Assembly (NCBI GenBank): GCA_017993235.1
Contig: JAGONC010000001.1
Location: forward strand, 2,880-66,879
From: Lentimicrobiaceae bacterium
GTDB taxonomy: Bacteria; Bacteroidota; Bacteroidia; Bacteroidales; JAGONC01
Direction of reading: 5' to 3'
DNA length: 64,000 nucleotides
The position numbers and the translations under genes are program-made. The notes beneath the pieces were generated by a model that saw nothing but the letters and a program-made list of their open reading frames with translations, ran no database searches and was not told the DNA's origin. Shown piece after piece: positions 59,501 through 64,000 of this stretch. Position 1 is the stretch's first letter; the number at the start of each line of letters is the position of its first letter.

Positions 59501-61527
59501 GTACCCGTACCCGTTGTCGTCCACTCGATGGAGGAGTAGTTGCCGGCCGTACCGCTGAGCGTAAAACTTCCCTCGCTGGCACAGATCCCCGCATCATCAC
59601 CTGCATTCGCCGCCGGAGCAGCGGTGATGGTCAGCGTCATGGAGGAGGTGGCGGGTGGACAGGTTCCGTTGCCATTGGCGGTCAGGGTCAGCACGACCGA
59701 TCCGGCTGCTATGTCTTCAGGACCGAGGATATAGGTTGCATTGACGATGTTCGGATCAGCAAAATAGCCTGTACCTACTGTCGTCCAGAGCACGGATTGA
59801 TAATTGTTTGCGGTGGCGCCAGCCAGGGTATGGGTTTCACCCTCGCAGATACCCGCATCAGGGCCTGCATTCGCTGTTGCATCCGGCCAGATGGTCAATA
59901 CCATGTCATCCGTGACATCCCCGCAGGTGCCATTGCCAAATGCTGTCAGAGTGAGGATGACCGATCCAGCTGTAATATCTGCCGGACTGGGTGTGTAAAT
60001 TGCATTCAGCGAGGTTCCATTAGCAAAGGTTCCCGTTCCGCTGGTATTCCAGAGGACCGATGCGTAATTGCCGGCTGTACCCGATAACGTGTAGTTGCCT
60101 TCACTGGTGCACATTTCAGCATCTTCACCTGCATTCGCCACGGGCGCCCCGGTGATGGTCAGGATCATGGCGTCGGCAACGGGTGGACAGACACCGTTCC
60201 CTGTTGCCGTGAGGGTTAGGATGACCGATCCGCTGCTGATATCACCGGCACTGGGTGTGTACGTCGGATTCTGGGCATGGGGAGCGTCGAACGACCCAGT
60301 ACCGGATGATGACCAGTTTATCTCAGCATAATGATCTGCCTGCGCATTGATCAAGGTATAGGATTCTCCCTCGCAGATGCCAGCATCGGGTCCGGCGTCG
60401 GCCGTGGCGTCCAGCCAGATGGTCAGGATCATGTTATCCGAAACATCCCCGCAGGTACCGTTGCCAAAGGCCGTGAGCGTGAGGATGACCTGTCCGCTGG
60501 TGATGTCATTTGTTCCGGGGGTGTAGGCGGCCGTCAGCAGGGTTTCATTGTCAAAGGAGCCATCTCCGGCGGTGGTCCACAGGACAGAGACGTAGTTCTC
60601 AGCTGTGCCTGCCAGGGTGTAGCTTCCCTCACCGGCGCACATCCCGCCGTCGGCACCGGCGTCAACGGTGGGCGAACCGGTGATGGTCAGGATCATTTCG
60701 TCCTCGGCGATTGGGCATGGTTCTACTCCAAGTGCTGTCAGCGTAAGGATTACTGATCCTGCCACAATATCTGCAGCACCCGGTATGTAATAAGTATTCA
60801 GTTCTCCGCTGTTGTCAAATGTTCCGTCCCCGGAAGTTGTCCAGGTGATTTCGTCTGAATTTTCGACGGTCGCATCCGCAAGAGTATAATTTTCTCCTTC
60901 ACAGATAGCAGCATCCTGCCCGGCGAAGGCACCGGCAGCAGGAGAAATTGTAATGATCATGCTGTCGGTTGCATCCGGGCATCCTCCTTCACTGGCAAGC
61001 GCTTCACCGGTGAGGGTAAGCACTACCGATCCCGACGCAATATCAGACAGCCCGGGCGTATAGATGGGATTGAGTACTGACGGATCATTAAAATATCCGT
61101 CTCCGCTGGTCGTCCACAACAGCGTGTTAACATATTGGGCAGTTGCATCATTGATGGTAATTGAATTGGTGGAACAGGTGGACTGGTCATTACCCGCGTA
61201 AACGACCGGCAAATTGATGATCATCACCTGTCCGAGCACCGCAGTATCGTCGCAGAGAATGCCATGTTGCATGACATCCAGGATATAGATTCCCGCCGGG
61301 TAGTTCCACACTATGGCTACCGTGTCCACGGTGGAATAGAGCGTATCAATGGAGCTGTCAGGCATTGTCAGACGCCAGGTATAGGTTGATCCTGCTTCGC
61401 CGTCCACACGGTAGAAGCGCTCTGCATCCGGGCAGACGGTGTCGAGGACGGGCACGGTCTGTGCCGCCATCCGGCCGAATGCCAGCAGCAGTATGATCAA
61501 TCCGATATGTCTGATGCGTAACAGCAT
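50515..61527 (-). CDS. giant (3670 aa) repeat-rich cell-surface protein with T9SS type-B (gliding-motility-associated) C-terminal sorting domain
   Basis: Signal peptide MLLRIRHIGLIILLLAFGRMAAQ. 14 units of an ~88-aa repeat (AG.D..IC.....TL...W.TSG.G.F......NPTYTPG..D...G.V.LTLTA.G.G.C). 21 units of an ~90-aa Ig-like repeat (NPVC.GT.VTFTA.PVNGG..PVY.W.VNG...G......Y.P..GD.V...L.S...C...NPA.S). HYR-like domain (nt ~51385-51635). Two cadherin-like units with V.ANDD / VLANDYDPDG. Type-B CTD YNALTPNGDGVNDYWKIKGIELYP...IMDRWG...PNGTYYYFL (nt ~50518-50795). Confidence 0.9.
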   Translation of the reverse strand: MLLRIRHIGLIILLLAFGRMAAQTVPVLDTVCPDAERFYRVDGEAGSTYTWRLTMPDSSIDTLYSTVDTVAIVWNYPAGIYILDVMQHGILCDDTAVLGQVMIINLPVVYAGNDQSTCSTNSITINDATAQYVNTLLWTTSGDGYFNDPSVLNPIYTPGLSDIASGSVVLTLTGEALASEGGCPDATDSMIITISPAAGAFAGQDAAICEGENYTLADATVENSDEITWTTSGDGTFDNSGELNTYYIPGAADIVAGSVILTLTALGVEPCPIAEDEMILTITGSPTVDAGADGGMCAGEGSYTLAGTAENYVSVLWTTAGDGSFDNETLLTAAYTPGTNDITSGQVILTLTAFGNGTCGDVSDNMILTIWLDATADAGPDAGICEGESYTLINAQADHYAEINWSSSGTGSFDAPHAQNPTYTPSAGDISSGSVILTLTATGNGVCPPVADAMILTITGAPVANAGEDAEMCTSEGNYTLSGTAGNYASVLWNTSGTGTFANGTSLNAIYTPSPADITAGSVILTLTAFGNGTCGDVTDDMVLTIWPDATANAGPDAGICEGETHTLAGATANNYQSVLWTTVGTGYFADPNIVNATYILGPEDIAAGSVVLTLTANGNGTCPPATSSMTLTITAAPAANAGDDAGICASEGSFTLSGTAGNYSSIEWTTTGTGTFTGGSTLTPTYHTSAQDNADGQVILGLLVGGFGSCGNAYDDMTLTIWPDATAFAGEDDAICEGEDYTLSNADAQHYTELNWLSSGTGSFDAPHALNPTYTPSADDILSGSVLLTLTATGTGTCPPATSSMTLSITPAPTVSAGDDASICSSDPGFTLSGVATNYASVVWGTSGDGSFDNPNILAAVYTPGGTDILNGIVTLTLTAIGNGSCGQVSDEMILTITPAPSANAGADAAICEGESYTLADASASNYQLLQWSTSGTGTFDNTLILNPTYTPGAQDVTDGTVMLILTVYGSGSCPAATSEMILSITGAPVASAGENASVCTSAFPFLTQGAAGNYASLLWTTGGDGSFDDPASLTASYTPGPTDIFQGFASLTLTAEGNGSCPDAVDQMTLIIYVATTANAGTDNAICEGETYTLADASAADYISLAWTTAGNGTFNDNTDLHPTYTPGTDDILNGSVVLTLTATGQGDCPPASDEMILSITGAPLANAGEDAQICSLDGSYTLSGSAENYSAIQWMTSGTGTFDDETQLDATYTLSDGDIQAGMVTLTLIVTGNGSCGTVSDEMNLAIWQAPTVYAGANATICADESYTISDATINGQPSIYWSTSGDGTFDNSGLLNPTYIPGEGDQAAGTVNLTLNAQVYMCPPVTDVMTLMLQQPVNVEVTISASEVIVCEGATVTLTATPGNGGTSPIYAWFVNGNEIPDETSSTFTYAPADGDQVWATLLSDIDCSTNNPAPSNTIEITVNEILAVDVTITADQTTVCEGTAVTITASPTNEGTIPVYTWYLNGNVIPGETGPVITITPLNNDNLYVTLLSGESCTSNNPAPSDSIVFTVIPSAPVSVSLAASANPVCDGTEVILTATPVNGGPDPVYTWYVNGVPVSEATGSTYTYQPANGDQVYVTLLSDEPCATSNPAESDPIVMTVNPELTVSVELSVSENPVCAGTEVTFTAIPVNEGTDPVYTWYLNGNEIADASGSSYTFAPANGDQVWVSLLSDEPCATDNPASSETITMTVNDTLPVSVELNVSANPVCFGTEVTFIAAPENEGTAPVFTWYLNSIIISGVSGNTYTYTPVNGDNVYVTVLSDEPCVTENPATSNTIQMTVNDALPVSVALAASENPVCAGTEVTFTATPVNGGSAPVYTWYLNDNVISGESGNTYSYVPINGDYVYVILLSDEPCSTNNPATSNTVTMTVNDVLPVSVTLSVSSNPVCAGTEVTFLATPVNGGISPVYTWYVNSSLIAGQTTETYTYAPLDGDDIYVTLLSSETCAMDNPSTSETITMTVNDAMPVSVALEASENPVCAGTEVTFTATPVNGGSAPVYTWYLNGVVITGESGVSYAYVPSDGDQIFVTLFSDETCATDNPASSETITMTVNDALPVSVTITVDQNPVCEGTEIIFTAEPVNGGADPVYAWYVNTTEMTGQTGATFTYTPTDGDDIYVTLYSSETCATENPAESDPIVMTVNPELTVSVELSVSENPVCAGTEVTFTALPMNGGTAPMYTWYVNGNIIIGESDDSYTYIPSNSDVVYVELLSDEPCATDNPASSETITMTVNDALPVSVTITVDQNPVCEGTEIIFTAEPVNGGADPVYAWYVNTTEMTGQTGATFTYTPTDGDDIYVTLYSSETCATENPAESDPIVMTVNPELTVSVELSVSENPVCAGTEVTFTALPMNGGTAPMYTWYVNGNIIIGESDDSYTYIPSNSDVVYVELLSDEPCTTGNPAISETITMTVNDALPVSVTITVDQNPVCAGDMVTFAATPVNGGVNPLYAWYVNEAMVPGETAATYSYVPVDGDIVYATVLSDEECTSGEPIASNSITMEVLNEMIVGVTIAVNQNPVCTGSEATFTATPVNGGDNPLYTWFVNGTQVSGQTTPVYSYVPANGDEVYVTLLSDASCTTNNPAISTLITMGVVDQLPVSVSLTVDQNPVCIGTAVTFSATPVNGGTNPVYTWYVNSIAVPGQSGPTYSYAPGDGDAVNVMLLSDEECTTGNPASSDLITMAVVDEFPVEVSITVDQNPVCEGTMVTYTAASVNGGSNPIYAWFVNGLQIAGQTGPTYSYNPANNDEVHATLLSDEPCATNNPAPSNVIFMVVDPSVEVDVSITASQNPVCEGTQVIFTAIPVNGGTNPVYAWFVNDIQVSGQTGATYQYIPVNGDQMYATLTSDAACATNNPAPSNTIAMTVNELLLVEVTITADHNPVCAGTVVTFTAAPVNGGTNPAYAWYVNGVQVSGQTGNTYQYIPVNGDQVTAKLLSSEECAVNNPATSNTIGMVVNALLPVSLVIEADQNPVCEGTTVTFTATPTNGGTNPAYQWFVNGVEVPGQTSQAYAYIPANGDVVHATVNSSEPCATDNPASSNPVTMVILPEMEVSVTIDADQNPVCEGTEVNFSATPVSGGLNPVYTWFVNSTQVMGVTGNTYTYAPADGDQVYATLLSDAACATNNPAISNTVVMGVTELVPVEVVIMVDHNPVCEGTPVLFTAVPTNGGTNPVYAWFVNGIEITGQTTSTFTFVPANGDIIHTTVLSDVTCATNNPAISNPIMLEVTTKLVPSFAMVGPLAQCTIAPDLPPVSLNNITGTWTPSAITTGTAGTFTFTFTPDEGQCATVTTMDIVITKDAEPPAITCDDMYAEASAANCSMYVDIPLPVVSDNCGVKTITNNFTGSANASGYYPLGVTSVIWTVEDVNGNISTCHSPVTVVSTVVANDDYASTLSNVPVNIFILGNDLYCVGSNNPIAVVVIEEPEHGLYFQSGDIRFLDYAPDFGFNGIDSLKYELCDYTGACDTATVYIIVEYFNKRPVAVDDLDSTIVNIPVVIDVLANDYDPDGRIVNYEILAQPQHGASIKIMIDSTILYSPFNDYIGSDEFMYYIYDDGNPSLKDTATVRIDVFKKDILPEPPFIIYNALTPNGDGVNDYWKIKGIELYPTNRVVIMDRWGAIVAEIEHYDNGDNRWEGLDKEGNMVPNGTYYYFLTVSEYPAMYKGWVFLYRD
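51840..57510 (-). repeat. coding tandem repeats, family 2 (21 Ig-like units of ~90 aa)
   Basis: 21 occurrences of the (N/Q)(P)VC.G(T)..(V/I)(T/I)(F/L)(T/S)A.P.NGG core were counted in the translation. Confidence 0.85.
54327..55406. repeat. perfect 540-bp tandem duplication (2 x 540 bp, 100 % identical) inside the giant gene
   Basis: Line-by-line comparison shows 54327-54866 is identical to 54867-55406. A third, partial diverged copy lies at 54222-54326. The track ORFs 54431..54622 and 54971..55162 have identical translations. Confidence 0.9.
57510..61212 (-). repeat. coding tandem repeats, family 1 (14 units of ~88 aa, alternating two subtypes)
   Basis: Counted from the translation of the giant ORF. 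Even units read ICEGE.YTL ... CPP/CPA. Odd units read C.SEGSYTLSGTA.NY ... (S/T)CG.V.D...W. Confidence 0.85.
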
Positions 61528-61539
61528 AAATTTCTATTT

Positions 61540-62229
61540 CTATTTCTTCCCCATCGGCGTATACCGGTAGATGGGCGATGTCACCGGTTTCGGGTAAATA
61601 ACCTGAATGACCGGATCCGAGTCTTCTTCTGTAACAAGCCCATATCCGTTGATCAGGGAGGTGATCCAGTAACTGGTAGTCACCGTTGGACATGGAATCA
61701 GCGGGAATGTATATGGGCTTTCTGTAATGTTTTCGATGGTCCACGAATTGGTCCCATCCGTATAGGTAATGGTCCACGGCCCAATTCCACCAGCGATCTC
61801 CACGGTAAGATACGCCTGGTCTCCCTCGCAGATGGGCTCCGGTGGCAGGAATACCGCATAGGAGAGGCACGGGAGCACTTCGATCCTGCCTAATTTAAGA
61901 TTGTTCGTACACGAATCCGTTGCCGTCACCTTGATGAAGTAGGTACCTGGAACCAGGCACATGACTTCCACCGTGCTTCCGGTATTCACGCCTCCGACGA
62001 AGTAAGCTTCCGATGCCGGGCAGTTGCCTGGAGTCACAGCCAGGTTGAGGCCTGTCACGTCGTTATAAAGTTCCCACGTATAGGTCACACCTGGGGTAGC
62101 TTCCACCACCCACGTGCTGATCCCGCCCGCACATACCGTATCCCCCTGGGCACGTGCCTGTTGCACGGCCAGCAGCGCCGGCACTAGTGCCAGCAGCAGT
62201 CGGAAGATCGTATGGAGGAACTTATTCAT
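61540..62229 (-). CDS. secreted hypothetical protein related to the N-terminal module of the giant cargo protein
   Basis: 229 aa. Signal peptide MNKFLHTIFRLLLALVPALLAVQQARAQ. GDTVCAGGISTWVVEATPGVTYTWELYND parallels LDTVCPDAERFYRVDGEAGSTYTWRLTMPD at the N-terminus of the giant protein. Only 12 nt separate it from the giant gene. Confidence 0.65.
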   Translation of the reverse strand: MNKFLHTIFRLLLALVPALLAVQQARAQGDTVCAGGISTWVVEATPGVTYTWELYNDVTGLNLAVTPGNCPASEAYFVGGVNTGSTVEVMCLVPGTYFIKVTATDSCTNNLKLGRIEVLPCLSYAVFLPPEPICEGDQAYLTVEIAGGIGPWTITYTDGTNSWTIENITESPYTFPLIPCPTVTTSYWITSLINGYGLVTEEDSDPVIQVIYPKPVTSPIYRYTPMGKK

Positions 62230-62242
62230 TTATTGGTTATTC

Positions 62243-62284
62243 ATTGTACATTGTATAGTGTACATTTTTCATTTCGTTTTCATT
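62243..62284. repeat. heptanucleotide-periodic array (ATTGTAC ATTGTAT AGTGTAC ATTTTTC ATTTCGT TTTCATT)
   Basis: Starts 14 nt upstream of the start codon of the 229-aa gene. Includes TGTACA-N8-TGTACA. Confidence 0.65.
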
Positions 62285-62327
62285 TCATATTGCTCAACTC
62301 AGTTTCTTATAACACTTTCATTAACAC

Positions 62328-62369
62328 ATTACTAATTATGAATTATGACTTACTAATTACTAATTAAGC
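62328..62369. repeat. heptanucleotide array (ATTACTA ATTATGA ATTATGA CTTACTA ATTACTA ATTAAGC)
   Basis: Six units in 7-bp register. Shares the ATTA anchor with the array at 33591. Confidence 0.8.
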
Positions 62370-62804
62370 ATTAACCAAAGGTCCCCCGCCCGGACGTTTT
62401 ACGCCATCCGGGCAGGCAGCGCCTTTAATTGATTATGATGACAAAGTAGTCTTCCATATCACAATATTTACATTTCCTCCATTGGGGTATCCTGCGTTAT
62501 AATTCATTAATTCTTTCATTGTTCGATTGCTCAATTGTTATAGGAACAGGCATACCTCTCTCATCTCGCCATTTTTTGGCAGGTGAAGGAGGATTGTCTG
62601 ATCTGTCGTTATCCCTGTTCCGCGTGATCCAATGATGAGCCGGACAGGTACGTGCCGGCCAGTCCCTTGCCTGATGCATCAGCAAGGTGAGCAGTTTCAA
62701 TTGATTTTCGAAACTCGTTACCAGATACTCGATTAGCGAAGATCGTAAAGCGAATATCTTTTTTCTCATCTCTCCGTATCGTCGTTTGACCAGTGAGAGG
62801 GTAT

Positions 62805-62937
62805 GATTCCGGATTCCGGATTCCGGATTCCGAATTCCAGTTCCGGGTTCCAGTTTCTGGTTCCACAGTTCTAAAGTTCCATGGTTCCAGACGGCTGACT
62901 GTAGACTGCTGACTGCTGACTGCTGACTGCTGACTAC
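62805..62937. repeat. 19-unit heptanucleotide array grading from GATTCCG x4 through GTTCCNN units to TGACTGC x5
   Basis: Continuous 7-bp register across 133 bp when partitioned by hand. Confidence 0.85.
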
Positions 62938-63066
62938 TCCCGGTCCTCTCGTTGTGGGCGAGCGTCCACGACACTGCCCGCGTATCCTTATGATTTTAAG
63001 TTGCATCAATTCATGGTTTTAATTTTTTGTGATCAATAAGCATACGGGGTACATGTTCCGTGTTCC

Positions 63067-63115
63067 TGACTGCTGACTGTTGACTGTTGACTGTTGACTG
63101 TTGACTGCTGACTGC
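63067..63115. repeat. heptanucleotide array (TGACTGC, TGACTGT x4, TGACTGC x2)
   Basis: Seven perfect-register units. Same unit family, in direct orientation, as the end of the 62805 array 130 bp away. Confidence 0.9.
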
Positions 63116-63462
63116 AGCCCACAATTAACAATACCCCTTGCCATTTCCGGCAAGCGGGTTCGATGAAAAGAAATGTTTTGTTCCATAACCTGAAGGATTT
63201 AATTATCAAATTCCTTCAGCCCGGAGCGTAGTTCTCCCGTTTCCGCCTTGTTATGGCGGATTGGACGGCCCTGCAATGGCAGGCCATTTCGGAGGCGGTC
63301 CTCGTCGCTTAAACCGATCCCTGGGCTGCATAGGTTTTCATGATGTCAAACAAGATTGGTCATCAAGCACGGATAATTGAAATTTTGTCAAAGAGTCAAT
63401 TTTCATGTTTTTGACAAACCACTTGTTCATATCAATAAATCCTTTGAAAAGAACTATTCTGC

Positions 63463-63516
63463 AAAAAATGATAAAGTGCATGTTAATGCTTTATTAACAA
63501 TCATGCTGCACTTATC
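63463..63516 (-). terminator. terminator of the partial 3'-terminal gene
   Basis: On the minus strand, GATAAGTGCAGCATG...CATGCACTTTATC is an imperfect long hairpin with an inner GTTAAT/ATTAAC extension, followed by ATTTTTTG. Begins 16 nt after the stop at 63532. Confidence 0.6.
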
Positions 63517-63531
63517 AAGCCCTTGCAAAAA

Positions 63532-64000
63532 TTAGTTCTGTTCGTTACCACCTACGAATGCCGGAGGATCAACAGGTGTCAAAGTTGGGCGAGCCTTTTG
63601 TGTCTGCATTGCAATATCATATTGATCAGCTACAGTTGCAGGGTCACATAAAGGACCTGGATCTGTTGGTGTATTGTTCACAATATCCCAATCTCCAACT
63701 GAATTCTGACCATCAACTGCAAGAGTGATATTTCTATCATTATTACCCTCATAGTTGTTATTTGTAATAATCATCCTGACATAAATTGATACACCTTGGT
63801 CAGTATTCGTTTCTGTCGTATAAACAGTTTCTGTTGCATCATTCCAAACTGTTGCAGGGCCCCAAAGGGTTGGATTATCATATGTCCAAGTAACAACAGC
63901 CGTTTGAACAGTATGCAAACCGGTTATTGTAAAAGTTGGAGTCCAAGAATTAGTAAAGTTAGCAGCAACCACTTCATAGTACATAGTATCCCATCCAAAA
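63532..64000 (-). CDS. C-terminal part of a hypothetical protein (ORF open beyond window end)
   Basis: The reading frame continues upstream of the listed Met (codons 63985-63999 read FGWDT, with no stop). Thr/Asn/Trp-rich beta-type sequence and no recognised motif. Visibly more AT-rich than neighbouring genes. Confidence 0.55.
   Translation of the reverse strand, partial: FGWDTMYYEVVAANFTNSWTPTFTITGLHTVQTAVVTWTYDNPTLWGPATVWNDATETVYTTETNTDQGVSIYVRMIITNNNYEGNNDRNITLAVDGQNSVGDWDIVNNTPTDPGPLCDPATVADQYDIAMQTQKARPTLTPVDPPAFVGGNEQN

Noticed and set aside
50515-61527. Diversity-generating retroelement or other targeted hypervariation acting on the giant repeat protein
   Set aside because: No reverse transcriptase gene, template repeat or adenine-specific variation pattern is visible in the window. 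The repeat divergence looks like ordinary duplication and gene conversion.
62497-63009. 170-aa minus-strand ORF (and the overlapping 62609..62974) in the gene-free island, including an internal 90-aa candidate starting at ATG 62769 (MRKKIFALRSSLIEYLVTSFENQLKLL...)
   Set aside because: The N-terminal 80 residues are a direct translation of the heptamer arrays (SSQQSAVSSLQSAV, NPESGIRN). The remaining 90 aa are Arg/Trp/His/Pro-rich with no motif I recognise. I could not support it as a gene, although the 62497-62769 part cannot be fully excluded without homology or Ribo-seq data.
62805-63115. Possibility that the tandem arrays are a CRISPR array
   Set aside because: The units are 7 bp and directly abutting, with no spacers. 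No cas genes are in the window. CRISPR repeats are 24-48 bp and separated by unique spacers.
63150-63170. GGGTTCGAT, resembling a tRNA/tmRNA T-loop
   Set aside because: No complementary T-stem 3' strand, acceptor stem, anticodon arm or CCA-proximal sequence could be built around it.

Overview
This window reads as a chromosomal segment of a Bacteroidota genome. Supporting markers are an LpxC-FabZ fusion, a PorX-like PglZ response regulator, a PorP/SprF gene, a type-B T9SS C-terminal domain, and TAnnTTTG -7 promoter boxes. About 46 protein-coding genes are supportable.

Most are housekeeping: lpxD / lpxC-fabZ / lpxA, tsaE, aroB, rlmB, gdhA, parC, pepE, a complete 7-gene V-type ATPase operon, fldA, glmM and miaA. 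I could not recognise any rRNA, tRNA or CRISPR array by eye.

The unusual content is in the second half of the window:
- An 11-kb gene encodes a 3670-aa T9SS type-B cargo protein. It is built from two families of ~90-aa repeats and contains a 100 %-identical 540-bp tandem duplication. A PorP/SprF gene lies downstream and a small paralogous secreted protein upstream.
- A 1.3-kb gene-free island lies upstream of that operon. It consists largely of heptanucleotide tandem arrays plus a hairpin-dense unique segment.
- At least 11 arrays with strict 7-bp periodicity and different unit sequences sit at gene boundaries between 33 and 63 kb. One lies inside a glycosyltransferase CDS, where slippage would change the C-terminus.
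- A ~170-185-bp MITE-like element is present in two copies.
- Two translationally coupled polytopic (GT-C/ArnT-like) membrane proteins share an unannotated ~150-aa C-terminal module, present 3 times in one and once in the other.
- A MazEF-like module has a dense TGTAACGA repeat cluster in its control region.

All functional calls come from motif recognition in the supplied translations. No database search was run.
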